The notes under the pieces were generated by a model. That model was not told the DNA's origin. It worked only from the letters and a program-made list of their open reading frames with translations, and did no database searches. The translations under genes and the position numbers were made by a program. A stretch of DNA of 64,000 nt from a virus. Taxonomy: Duplodnaviria > Caudoviricetes. The stretch is taken from IMG/VR virus record IMGVR_UViG_3300030098_006079; one strand, 5' to 3'. Shown piece by piece: positions 26,984 through 36,984 of the stretch; position 1 is the stretch's first letter, and each line of letters opens with the position of its first letter.

Positions 26984-28285
26984 ATGAAACAATTAGACGA
27001 AATCTTACAAGATCTTACTGAATATATAGAAGTCCATAAACCAAAGTATTTGTATAATACAGACTTTATACCTGGTCATAGTTCGGTTTATTATTCTGGT
27101 CCGTTTTGGGATACAAAAGAGATTTTAGCTGGTATAAATACATTTATTTCAGGTAAATGGGTTGTCGCAGGAGAGACAGTATATAAATTTGAAAAAACAT
27201 TTGCAAAGTATTTTGACACTAAGCACGCTCATATGGTTAACTCCGGTAGTTCTGCTAATCTTGTTTTAGTATCTGCATTAAAGAAAAGATATAACTGGCA
27301 AGATGGTGATGAAGTTATAGTTTCTCCTGTCGGTTTTCCTACTACTATATCTGTATTGGTACAAAATAACTTAAAACCAGTTTTTGTAGATATAGAGTAC
27401 GATACTCTTAATTTTGATATTACTAAAATTGAAGAGAAAATTACAGATAAAACTAAAAGTATATTTGTTTCGCCAGTTTTAGCTAATCCGCCTGATATGG
27501 ATTACTTAACTGAATTATGTGATAAACATAATTTAAAATTAATTGGTGATAGTTGTGATAGTATAGGAACAAAATGGAATAATAAACCTCTTTCACATTA
27601 CTATACCGCGTGGTCATCATCGTTTTATCCTGCTCATCATATTTCTACTGGTGAAGGAGGTATGGTTTGTACGAATGACGATGAATTAAAAAAATTATTT
27701 GTTAGTTTTTCATGGTGGGGTAGAGATTGTTATTGTATAGGACCTGCTAATTTATTAGCATGTGGAAGTTGTGGGAATAGATTCGATAAATGGCTAGAAG
27801 ATTATGATGGTATTATAGATCATAAATATGTTTTTAATAATATGGGTTATAATCTTAAACCTTTAGATCTACAGGGCGCTATAGGTTTAGAACAAATGAA
27901 GAAGTTCGATATTATAGATGAGAAAAGAAAGAATAGTAAGAAAAATATCGAAAGTATTTTATTGAAATATGTAAACGATTTGTCTGGTGTAAAAACTTTA
28001 GATAAAGCTGATCCTTGTTGGTTTGGTACACCGTTTATTTGTAAAGATAAATCTTTGAAAGATAAGCTTATAACCTTTTTAGAAGACAACAAAATACAAA
28101 CTAGAAATTACTTCGCTGGTAATATATTATTACATCCAGGATATAAACACTTAGGTAATCTTGAAGAATATCCTAATGCGAATCAAGTGTTAGATAAAGT
28201 ATTCTTCTTAGGAGCAGCACCACATTACACCTCCGAAGTATTTGATTATATTGATAGAGTTTTTCGCGACAAATGGGTAAATTAA
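26984..28285 (+). CDS. rfbH: RfbH/DdhC-like CDP-4-keto-6-deoxyglucose 3-dehydratase (DegT/DnrJ/EryC1/StrS family)
   Basis: VNSGSSANL, SFYPAHHISTGEGG (His at the usual PLP-Lys position), WGRDCYC...CG Cys motif, GYNLKP, TRNYFAGN. Confidence 0.85.
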   Translation: MKQLDEILQDLTEYIEVHKPKYLYNTDFIPGHSSVYYSGPFWDTKEILAGINTFISGKWVVAGETVYKFEKTFAKYFDTKHAHMVNSGSSANLVLVSALKKRYNWQDGDEVIVSPVGFPTTISVLVQNNLKPVFVDIEYDTLNFDITKIEEKITDKTKSIFVSPVLANPPDMDYLTELCDKHNLKLIGDSCDSIGTKWNNKPLSHYYTAWSSSFYPAHHISTGEGGMVCTNDDELKKLFVSFSWWGRDCYCIGPANLLACGSCGNRFDKWLEDYDGIIDHKYVFNNMGYNLKPLDLQGAIGLEQMKKFDIIDEKRKNSKKNIESILLKYVNDLSGVKTLDKADPCWFGTPFICKDKSLKDKLITFLEDNKIQTRNYFAGNILLHPGYKHLGNLEEYPNANQVLDKVFFLGAAPHYTSEVFDYIDRVFRDKWVN

Positions 28286-29658
28286 ATATAGTTGTTTTAG
28301 GTGACGGTTTATTAGGTAGTGAGATAGTTAAACAAACTAACTGGGACTATTTATCTCGTAAAAAAGATAATATTAATTTTACAGATACAGATAGTTATTT
28401 TCATTTACTTAAAAAGTATAAAGTTATATTAAATTGTATAGCATGTACTGACACATATTCAGATAATAAAGAACTACATTATAATGTTAACTATAGGTAT
28501 GTCGTTAAGTTAGCGAGATATTGTGAAATTCATAATAAAAAACTAATACATATTTCAACTGATCATGTTTACTCTAAAAATACTAACATACCATCTGAAG
28601 AAGATATACCGCATTATGCTAATAATTGGTATTCATATACAAAATTATTAGGAGATAACGCCGTACAAGTAGAAAGCGATAATAATTTAGTTATACGATG
28701 TACTCATAAACCTACACCATTCCCATATAATAAAGCATGGGTAGATCAGGTAGGTAATTTTGATTATGTAGATGTCATTTCAGGCTTAATTATTAAAGCT
28801 ATTAATAAACAACTTACTGGTTTATATAATATAGGTACAGAACAAAAATCCATGTACGAATTAGCATCAAAGACCGCGACTGTAAGCAAATCATATACTC
28901 CGAAGCATGTACCTAAAAATGTAAGTATGAATATTAGTAAATTTAATAATGATATAAAAACATCATTTTTTTCTATCGCTATACCTACTTATGAAATGAA
29001 TGGGTATGGTAGAGAATTCTTAGAACATAGTTTTAAAATTTTATATAGTCAGACATTTAAAGACTTTGAAGTAGTAATATCTGATCATAGTCTAGACGAT
29101 CGGATAAAGGATTTATGTAAAGAATACAGTAAGCTGCTTAACGTTAGATATTTAAGAAACACTTATAAAAGAGGTGGGTCCTCTCCTAATATAAATAACG
29201 CTATAAAAAATTGTACTGGAAAATGGATCAAAATATTATACCAAGATGATTTTTTATATAAAAATACAGCTTTAGAAAAATTAACAAACCATATAATAGA
29301 TAATAAAGATAAAGTTTGGATTGTATCTGCCTGTGAGCATACGAACGATGGTTCCACCATGTATCGTCCGTTTTATCCAAAATGGAATCAGTATATGCAT
29401 TTAGGTAACAATACATTTAGTAGCCCTAGTGTTCTCACACTTAAAAATATAAAAGATAAGTTATATTTTAATGAGGATTTAATTTGGTTAATGGATGTCG
29501 AATATTATAAACGGATGTACGATATATATGGCGAGCCATCATATTTACATCAAGTAAATATAGTTAACAGAACGTGGTCGGGTAGTGTGACTGATACGTT
29601 GTCTCCAGAGCGTAAACAAAGTGAAGTAAATTTAATGAGAAAAACTTACATATGTTAA
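28273..29658 (+). CDS. Fusion of RmlD-like sugar reductase and GT2 glycosyltransferase
   Basis: N-half LGDGLLG, HISTDHVY, YSYTK; C-half SIAIPTYE, ISDHS, ILYQDDF. Confidence 0.8.
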   Translation: MGKLNIVVLGDGLLGSEIVKQTNWDYLSRKKDNINFTDTDSYFHLLKKYKVILNCIACTDTYSDNKELHYNVNYRYVVKLARYCEIHNKKLIHISTDHVYSKNTNIPSEEDIPHYANNWYSYTKLLGDNAVQVESDNNLVIRCTHKPTPFPYNKAWVDQVGNFDYVDVISGLIIKAINKQLTGLYNIGTEQKSMYELASKTATVSKSYTPKHVPKNVSMNISKFNNDIKTSFFSIAIPTYEMNGYGREFLEHSFKILYSQTFKDFEVVISDHSLDDRIKDLCKEYSKLLNVRYLRNTYKRGGSSPNINNAIKNCTGKWIKILYQDDFLYKNTALEKLTNHIIDNKDKVWIVSACEHTNDGSTMYRPFYPKWNQYMHLGNNTFSSPSVLTLKNIKDKLYFNEDLIWLMDVEYYKRMYDIYGEPSYLHQVNIVNRTWSGSVTDTLSPERKQSEVNLMRKTYIC

Positions 29659-30377
29659 AATTAAAAAATATTACATTAGTGTTAATGAGTTCGGTTAAGA
29701 TTAGCCAGAGTATACAGGCTTTAGAGTATAGTTCAAAAGATATTGAATTCGGTGCTGTAAAATTAATTAGTGATATTAAACCTACTACATTACCTAACGG
29801 TATTACTCATGAACATATTGATAGAATACATGATATAGACTCATGGAATTATAGTATTATATACAAATTAGGAAATTACATTAATACTGAGTTTGCTATA
29901 CTTATACATGATGATGGTTATATTGTTAACGCTGATTCATGGCGAGACGAATTTTTAAATTATGATTATATTGGCGCACCATGGCCTTTACCACAAGACA
30001 ATTTTTCATTTAGAGACAAAAACAATAAACTTATACGGGTAGGTAATAGTGTTTCGTTGCGCAGTAAAAAATTAATTGATTTACCTAATAAATTAAATTT
30101 ACCATGGAGAGATTTTCATGGTTATTACAATGAAGATGGTTTTATATGTACTGGTTATAGACATATATATGAAGAACATGGTATGAAATATGCCGATATA
30201 GATGTTGCTAAATATTTCTCTCATGAAACCCCAATACCAGAAATTGAAGGAATCGAGCCTTTTGCATTTCATCGTCAACGATTAGGTAGAAATAATAGAT
30301 ACCCAGTTTTTACTAGTAAGCCTTTAGAGGTTAATAAATCAACACCTTTATTATATGAAAATAGATTTGGTAATTAG
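29652..30377 (+). CDS. DUF5672-like glycosyltransferase-associated protein
   Basis: IHDDG, YDYIGAPW, VGNSVSLRSK, NED, AKYFSHE, FAFH. Confidence 0.7.
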   Translation: MLKLKNITLVLMSSVKISQSIQALEYSSKDIEFGAVKLISDIKPTTLPNGITHEHIDRIHDIDSWNYSIIYKLGNYINTEFAILIHDDGYIVNADSWRDEFLNYDYIGAPWPLPQDNFSFRDKNNKLIRVGNSVSLRSKKLIDLPNKLNLPWRDFHGYYNEDGFICTGYRHIYEEHGMKYADIDVAKYFSHETPIPEIEGIEPFAFHRQRLGRNNRYPVFTSKPLEVNKSTPLLYENRFGN

Positions 30378-31026
30378 TCTTTTTGATAAAGATATATCTT
30401 GGCTAAAAGATATAACTAATAAAAATGTTTACCCTGTTATATATCGTAAGGGAGATATAGCTACCCATGAGCAAGAAATAGTAATTGAACCAAATGTTGG
30501 TCGAGACGTACATACATTTTTTTATCATATTTTGCATAATTATGATAAGCTAGCAGATGTAACTTTTTTTGTACAGGATTATCCATTTGATCATTGGGGA
30601 GATTTGATAGAGATTTTAAACAGTGAGACATGGGAAGAAAAGGCTACTCTAAAAAATGGTGGTTATTATGGTTTCCATAACAATACTCTTGGTACAGCAT
30701 GGAGCACTCCAATACAAGGTTGGTTAGACACCAATCAACATGGAAGTGGTAAGGTATTAGTTTGTAATAATGATGGTTCGCCTCAAGATTTAGTCAATAA
30801 TATTGACGTAAATGAATATTGGAGTAAGTATTTTACGAATAATCCACCGTCAGTATATGAATTTATGCCTGGCGGTCATTTTGGTGTAACTAAAGAACAA
30901 GTGAGATTAAGACCTAAAGAGTTTTATGAAAGAATTGTACAGGATTTAGCGACAATAGATAATATGCCATGGATTATTGAACGGTTAGAGTGTTATATTT
31001 TTAGTAATTTATATGATAACAACTGA
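30355..31026 (+). CDS. DUF3431-like protein
   Basis: ISWL, IYRKG, PNVGRD.HT, FVQDYPFDH, WIIERL. Confidence 0.7.
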   Translation: MKIDLVISLFDKDISWLKDITNKNVYPVIYRKGDIATHEQEIVIEPNVGRDVHTFFYHILHNYDKLADVTFFVQDYPFDHWGDLIEILNSETWEEKATLKNGGYYGFHNNTLGTAWSTPIQGWLDTNQHGSGKVLVCNNDGSPQDLVNNIDVNEYWSKYFTNNPPSVYEFMPGGHFGVTKEQVRLRPKEFYERIVQDLATIDNMPWIIERLECYIFSNLYDNN

Positions 31027-31858
31027 AATATACAACGGTCAAGGCCCGGGGGATCAACTCTGGGTATATCTAACTACGCGGTATATTGCTCATATTAAAG
31101 AGTATGAGTTCGGTATCGGTCATCCTGAACGATGGAAGCTAAAAAATTTAAATATTAACTTCGGTAACCCTGTAACAGGAGGTAGTAACGTACAGGAAGG
31201 TGGTCCTCCAATAACATTACCCGACACAATCACTAACTACTATAAAGAAAAACACACATATCACCCTAATTTTACTGATTGTAATATAAGTGACGTAGAT
31301 AAAGATGTTTTTAATATAGAAGATAATACTAAGATAGAAGGTTTGTTACATTATTCATATCTTATTGATAATAACAAAGATCTTTTTAAAAAATGGTTAG
31401 ATTTTAATAGGATTATAGATAACAACCCTGTTATTCCTGGTAAAATTATTGCTAATATAAGAGGTGGTGAGTATAAAAACGTACCTGACTTAATTTTACC
31501 AAAAAATTACTGGGATATGTGCTTAGAGTATACTAATGCTACAGAAGTAGAGATTATTACTGATGATCCATCTTATGCTTTGAGTTTAATACCTAATGGT
31601 ACAATATTTCAGGGTAGTATGACAGAGCAATTTGAGAGATTATTCACAGCTGAAAAGTTAATTTTATCAAATTCAGCATTTGGCTTTTTTCCGGGTGCGC
31701 TAGGTAATGCATTAGAAGTAATTGCGCCTAAGTATTGGAGCAGATGGAATATTTCTGATGGTTTCTGGGCTATGGAAATGGATAAATGTAGTAGATTTTC
31801 TTACCTTGATAAACAAGGTAGAAGATGGAACATGCATGATGGATACTGGAATACATAA
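31013..31858 (+). CDS. Divergent GT11-like glycosyltransferase
   Basis: GQGPGDQL, NIRGGEY, IITDD, ILSNSAFGFF, IAPKYW. Confidence 0.65.
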   Translation: MITTEIYNGQGPGDQLWVYLTTRYIAHIKEYEFGIGHPERWKLKNLNINFGNPVTGGSNVQEGGPPITLPDTITNYYKEKHTYHPNFTDCNISDVDKDVFNIEDNTKIEGLLHYSYLIDNNKDLFKKWLDFNRIIDNNPVIPGKIIANIRGGEYKNVPDLILPKNYWDMCLEYTNATEVEIITDDPSYALSLIPNGTIFQGSMTEQFERLFTAEKLILSNSAFGFFPGALGNALEVIAPKYWSRWNISDGFWAMEMDKCSRFSYLDKQGRRWNMHDGYWNT

Positions 31859-31860
31859 TT

Positions 31861-32709
31861 ATGATATACGATTGTTTTAATTTTTTTAATGAACTTGATA
31901 TACTTGAAATAAGATTTTACACACTCTATGAAGTTGTAGATAAATTTGTAATTGTTGAATCAAATAAAACTCACAGCGGTATACCTAAAGATTTTAATTT
32001 TGAAAACAATAAAGATAGATTTAAAAAGTTTTTAGATAAAGTAGAGTACATTAAACTTACTGATGTACCAGATAATTATTCAAATTTACAATATACAGAC
32101 AATATAGAGTACAATAAAATCGTCGACTTTGTAAATACTACAATCGCTTTCGATAAAAACAATCAACCACATTACGGTAGAGATTTTTATCAAAAAGAAG
32201 CAATAAGATTCGGGTTAACAGAGTGTAACGATAACGATATTATTATATCATCTGATTGTGACGAAATAATTAATCCTGATTCTATCGCTCGTTTCGAAGA
32301 TTTTGATTTTGAAAATAGAAACTATTCAGCTGATCAAGACTTTTACATGTATTATTTTAATGTAAAAAACTTAAATGAATCTCCGTGGTATGGTTCACGT
32401 GTTGGTATGTATAGAAATTTAAAAAATGCTTCGTTTAACGAGTTACGCGCTAGTAGTTTGAGCCCAATATCTAACGGTGGTTGGCATTTTAGTTATATGG
32501 GAGGTGCAAATAAGATAAAAGAAAAGATACAAGCGTATAGTGCTCAAGAGTTTAATAATACTTCTGTGTTAGAACAAATTGATAATAATGTAAACAATAA
32601 TACTGATGTTTTATTTCGCGGACATAAGCTAAAAGTAGTACAGTTTGATAGTACATATCCAGATTATGTTGTTAACAACAAAGATAAGTTCGCCAAATAT
32701 ATAAAATGA
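31861..32709 (+). CDS. GT17 (beta-1,4-GlcNAc transferase-like) glycosyltransferase
   Basis: MIYDCF.FFNELDILEIR, SDCDEI, GGWHFSY.G. Confidence 0.85.
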   Translation: MIYDCFNFFNELDILEIRFYTLYEVVDKFVIVESNKTHSGIPKDFNFENNKDRFKKFLDKVEYIKLTDVPDNYSNLQYTDNIEYNKIVDFVNTTIAFDKNNQPHYGRDFYQKEAIRFGLTECNDNDIIISSDCDEIINPDSIARFEDFDFENRNYSADQDFYMYYFNVKNLNESPWYGSRVGMYRNLKNASFNELRASSLSPISNGGWHFSYMGGANKIKEKIQAYSAQEFNNTSVLEQIDNNVNNNTDVLFRGHKLKVVQFDSTYPDYVVNNKDKFAKYIK

Positions 32710-33581
32710 AGTACGTAGTTATCGGTGGTAGTGGTTTTATTGGGTCAAATATAATACAAGAAATCGCTTTATATAAGTCTTATAAATCTATTATTAATAT
32801 TGATTGTACTCCAACAACAATGTTTGATGATCGTGTGACTTTTCATCAAGCAGATATATGTAAGGACGACATATCAGCATCCTTAAAAGATGCAGACGCT
32901 GTATTTTTATTAGCTGCTAAAATACAAGTACAAGAATCAATTGACAACCCTCTTTTTTATAACACTAATAATGTATCAGGTTTATTAAATGTATTAGAAC
33001 AATGCAGATTAAACGGTGTACGTAGAGTTATTTTTAGTTCATCTGCGAGCGTATACGGTAACACTACTAAATTACCTATAAAAGAAACAACTCCTGTATC
33101 TCCATTAAGCCCATATGCATTACAAAAATATATTGGTGAAAACTATTGTCAATTATATTCAAACATTTATGATTTAGAGACAGTATGTTTACGATATTTT
33201 AATGTGTATGGAAAAAACATGCCTGATACTGGTTCGTATTCGTCTGTAATAAGTGTATTTAACAGATTAAAGATGAGGAACAAACCACTTACCGTTTATG
33301 GTACAGGTGAACAGCGTCGAGATTTTGTGTATGTTCGTGATGTCGCAAGAGCAAATATACTAGCTGGTACGAGTGCTGCTGTAGGTGGTGGTGATATAAT
33401 TAATATAGGTACTCAGATTAGTACATCAGTTATTGAATTAGCTAAAACATATAAACAACCAATAGATTTCTTACCAGAAAGGCTCGAGCCTAAAAATTCC
33501 ATAGCTGACATTACAAGAGCCAAAGCGTTATTAGACTGGAAACCATCTAGCAATATTACAGAGTGGTTGATAAATTTTTAA
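32706..33581 (+). CDS. NAD-dependent nucleotide-sugar epimerase (GalE/WbpP-like)
   Basis: GGSGFIGS, SSSASVYG, SPYALQK, LRYFNVYG, RDFVYV. Confidence 0.88.
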   Translation: MKYVVIGGSGFIGSNIIQEIALYKSYKSIINIDCTPTTMFDDRVTFHQADICKDDISASLKDADAVFLLAAKIQVQESIDNPLFYNTNNVSGLLNVLEQCRLNGVRRVIFSSSASVYGNTTKLPIKETTPVSPLSPYALQKYIGENYCQLYSNIYDLETVCLRYFNVYGKNMPDTGSYSSVISVFNRLKMRNKPLTVYGTGEQRRDFVYVRDVARANILAGTSAAVGGGDIINIGTQISTSVIELAKTYKQPIDFLPERLEPKNSIADITRAKALLDWKPSSNITEWLINF

Positions 33582-34729
33582 AGTATATGAAAAAAACAGC
33601 ACTAGTGTTAGGAGCCGGTGGTTTTATTGGAAACCATTTAGTATCTCGCCTTAAGTCTGAAGGTTATTGGGTGAGAGGAGTAGATCTTAAGCTACCAACT
33701 TACAATACATCTGAAGCAGATGAATTCTTATTGTACGATTTGACAGAAAAAAACAATGTTGAACGTATTATAAAAACAGGTTTTGATCATCCTTTACAAT
33801 ATCAAGAACAGTTTGATGAGGTTTATCAACTTGCTGCTGATATGGGTGGTGCTGGCTATATTTTTACAGGAGAGAATGATGCTAATATAATGCGAAACTC
33901 TGCGACTATTAATTTACATGTTTTAGATGCAATTAATAAATTAAATCAGTTCGTACAGACCCCTTGGTATAACGATTCTCGTTTACATTCATATACACCT
34001 AAAAATACTAAGGTTTTTTATAGTAGTTCTGCTTGCATGTACCCTGAACATAATCAATTAGATCCTGATAACCCTAATTGTGAAGAAAGTTCCGCATACC
34101 CTGCGAATCCAGATAGTGAATATGGGTGGGAGAAGTTATTTAGTGAGAGATTATTCTTAGCGTATTATAAAAATTATAACATCCCAGTTCGTGTTGCAAG
34201 ATTTCATAATATATATGGTCCGTTAGGTACATGGGACGGTGGTCGAGAAAAAGCGCCTGCTGCTATATGTCGCAAAGTAGCTCAAAACTCGGGTGAACCA
34301 ATCGAGGTTTGGGGTGATGGTTCTCAAACTAGATCTTTTTTGTATATAGATGAGTGTATAGAAGCTATTCGTCGTTTAATGGGGGGAGAATTTCTTGGTC
34401 CTGTTAATATTGGTTCTGATGAAATGGTGACTATTAATCAGTTAGTTGATTACGCTGAAAAAGCTGGTGATAAAAAATTAGAAAGAACATATAAGTTAGA
34501 TGCTCCACAAGGGGTACGTGGTCGTAATAGTGATAATACTCTTATTAAAGAAAAATTAGGGTGGTCACCAAGTTTTTCTCTTGAGGAAGGTATAAAGCGT
34601 ACATACGAATGGATATCTTCTCAGGTAAATCAAACTAAAACAGCCACTAATTCACCTACAAACATAGATATGATAAGACAACTAGAAGATTGTGGTTCTC
34701 AGCTGCCCTACAAACATTATGGATCATGA
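33563..34729 (+). CDS. GDP-mannose 3,5-epimerase-like SDR
   Basis: GAGGFIG, AADMGGAGY, YSSSACMYP, YGWEKLFSE, RFHNIYGP, EKAPAA.CRK, GVRGRNSDN. True start may be the internal MKKTA. Confidence 0.85.
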   Translation: MVDKFLKYMKKTALVLGAGGFIGNHLVSRLKSEGYWVRGVDLKLPTYNTSEADEFLLYDLTEKNNVERIIKTGFDHPLQYQEQFDEVYQLAADMGGAGYIFTGENDANIMRNSATINLHVLDAINKLNQFVQTPWYNDSRLHSYTPKNTKVFYSSSACMYPEHNQLDPDNPNCEESSAYPANPDSEYGWEKLFSERLFLAYYKNYNIPVRVARFHNIYGPLGTWDGGREKAPAAICRKVAQNSGEPIEVWGDGSQTRSFLYIDECIEAIRRLMGGEFLGPVNIGSDEMVTINQLVDYAEKAGDKKLERTYKLDAPQGVRGRNSDNTLIKEKLGWSPSFSLEEGIKRTYEWISSQVNQTKTATNSPTNIDMIRQLEDCGSQLPYKHYGS

Positions 34730-34899
34730 AAGATAAATGCGTTATATGTAAAACAGATACTCAATATGATGAATTCGATCATATTGATATGAGATATTTT
34801 TATGTAGAAGGATGTGGTCAGTTATGCCCTAAGTGTTATAACGATACATATGAAAGTAGCAGCAACAATACCTATAAAGAGCAATTCAACGAGAGTTAA
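34726..34899 (+). CDS. Small CxxC...CxxC (zinc-ribbon-like) protein
   Basis: MKDKCVIC...YVEGCGQLCPKC; the ATG overlaps the upstream stop. Confidence 0.55.
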   Translation: MKDKCVICKTDTQYDEFDHIDMRYFYVEGCGQLCPKCYNDTYESSSNNTYKEQFNES

Positions 34900-35494
34900 A
34901 AATAAGAATTTTCGACTTTTAGGTGATAAGCCTCTCTATGAATATATTATAGATCATTGCATTCAAGCAGAATGCTTTGATGATATATATGTAGATACTG
35001 ATAGTCCTGAGATTAATAGTTATTGTACTAAAAATCAGATTGTCTGTATAAACCGTAAACCAGAACTTACATTAGATACTGCGAACGGTAACGATGTATT
35101 TCATTACGATGTAGACTTTATAGGTCATTACGATTTTTACTTTCAATTGTATGCTACTGCACCGTTTTTAAAGCCCGAGACTATTAGAGATTGTGTAGAT
35201 AAGCTAACTCATAGTTCAAAGCATGACTCTATACTTACAGCTACAGAAGAATATGGTTGGTTTTGGCATAAAGATCAACCTGTAAATTATCAACCTAATA
35301 TTCTACCTCGATCACAAGACGCTACACCAGTTATTAAAGAGACAACAGGGTTATACGGTATATCTAAACGGGCCTACGATCGGTATAGATGTAGGATAGG
35401 TGCTACTCCATACTTCTATATTATAAGGGACAGAAAAGAGTGTATTGATTTAGATACGTTGGACGATTTCAACTTAGCGCAGAGGTTTATATAG
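34850..35494 (+). CDS. Acylneuraminate/KDO-type cytidylyltransferase (NeuA-like)
   Basis: IPIKSNSTRVKNKNF..LG.KPL, VDTDS, ATAPF, RSQD, ETTGLY, IDLDT..DF. Start chosen at MKVAA (the track starts it at 34814). Confidence 0.85.
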   Translation: MKVAATIPIKSNSTRVKNKNFRLLGDKPLYEYIIDHCIQAECFDDIYVDTDSPEINSYCTKNQIVCINRKPELTLDTANGNDVFHYDVDFIGHYDFYFQLYATAPFLKPETIRDCVDKLTHSSKHDSILTATEEYGWFWHKDQPVNYQPNILPRSQDATPVIKETTGLYGISKRAYDRYRCRIGATPYFYIIRDRKECIDLDTLDDFNLAQRFI

Positions 35495-36294
35495 TGAAAA
35501 TAGATATCATTTACACATATTTTAACGGTTCTTCTTTATTAAAAGATTACATTTATCATTGGAGCAATAATTTTAATAATATAAAACATAATATTAATTT
35601 TACTATAGTTGATGATCATAGTAGTGATAGAGCAATTGATACTATTCAACATTTAGATGTAAACTGTAACTTACAGGTTTATTATATTGATGAGGATATT
35701 ATATGGAATGAAGAAGGGGCAAGGAATTTAGGTGTAAAAACTACAAGTAATGACATTTTATTAATATTAGATTGGGATTGTATTGTATATGAAAAATTAA
35801 TAGAAGAGATACTCACATGGGATTTTAATAATAACTTTTATCAATTTAGTACTATAACTGATGGTATAACACTGCCTGGTAAGATCACATTTAATTTTTT
35901 ACAAAGTAAAAAAAATAGAGACAATAGGAATATGATAATGTTTGAAAAAAGCGCTGGCGCTATTGCTTTGAACAGAGACCTATTTACTTTATGTGGTGGT
36001 TATGATGAAGATTTCAGAGGAAATTACGGGTTTTCTGATACACTTTTTGTAAAAAATTTATCTCACCATGGTGCTCGTTTAAACAGAATAAATAACAACT
36101 TACTTTTTACTACAACTGCCGGTGAGAGTAATACTTCTCGCTTTACTGACGATAAAAATATACCTTTATCTGGTAAACTAGCAATGAAATATAGTAAAAA
36201 TTATGAGTTGTTTGAGAAAAAGAAACATAAACAATATAAACCTATCAACCCGATACGCTTTAAATATACAAAACAATATCAGCACCATATTTAA
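35494..36294 (+). CDS. GT2/GT7-like glycosyltransferase
   Basis: IVDDHS, GARNLG, LDWD, GGYDEDF.GNYG..D. Confidence 0.75.
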   Translation: MKIDIIYTYFNGSSLLKDYIYHWSNNFNNIKHNINFTIVDDHSSDRAIDTIQHLDVNCNLQVYYIDEDIIWNEEGARNLGVKTTSNDILLILDWDCIVYEKLIEEILTWDFNNNFYQFSTITDGITLPGKITFNFLQSKKNRDNRNMIMFEKSAGAIALNRDLFTLCGGYDEDFRGNYGFSDTLFVKNLSHHGARLNRINNNLLFTTTAGESNTSRFTDDKNIPLSGKLAMKYSKNYELFEKKKHKQYKPINPIRFKYTKQYQHHI

Positions 36295-36315
36295 TAAATA
36301 TATTTTATACCATAT

Positions 36316-36984
36316 ATGGATTATAGTTTTAAAAAATTACATAACTCCCAAATTATTATAGATCCGTGGGAGCATATTTTTATAGAAAATTTTTTACCGG
36401 AGGATTTTTATAAAAATTTAGTTAACATGTTGAACAGTTTAAGATCTAAAGATTTTTTCAACGAGTTACAAGAAAAAATACCCTCAAGCGGTCCAGCTAG
36501 TTTTCGTCTTCCAGTATATGATAGTAATATAGATTATATTAAAGATTATTTTGCAATGTTTGATTCAGACAAATTTAAAAAAAGTATAATATCTAAATTT
36601 GATATCTGTAAACGCAAAATTGCAGGAGATTTTTCAAGTATAGGTAGCATACAAGAAGGTTATTATGACGTATCTACATATGGCCATAAATACAGAGTAC
36701 ATAGAGATAGTAAATACAAGCTTGTTACTATAGTTTTTCACTTAGCTGAACCTGGTGATGATGTTACTCTAGGTACTCGTATGTATCCACCAACAAAAGA
36801 TCTTGAATCATTAGATTGGGAAAAAGATTGTGTTAAAATTACTGAGTACAAACCGAATAGTTTGCTTATCTTCCCGTCTAACAAACACACTAATAAATGT
36901 ACTAATCATGCAATGGGACATACATCTAAAATTACTACATTTAGAAAAAATCTTATTACTTTTTACCCTCTATTAGTGAAGTAA
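36316..36984 (+). CDS. 2OG-Fe(II) oxygenase-like protein
   Basis: PWEHIFIENFLP, H-R-D, GTRMY, YKPNSLLIF, distal H and R; TAAATA upstream at 36295. Confidence 0.65.
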   Translation: MDYSFKKLHNSQIIIDPWEHIFIENFLPEDFYKNLVNMLNSLRSKDFFNELQEKIPSSGPASFRLPVYDSNIDYIKDYFAMFDSDKFKKSIISKFDICKRKIAGDFSSIGSIQEGYYDVSTYGHKYRVHRDSKYKLVTIVFHLAEPGDDVTLGTRMYPPTKDLESLDWEKDCVKITEYKPNSLLIFPSNKHTNKCTNHAMGHTSKITTFRKNLITFYPLLVK

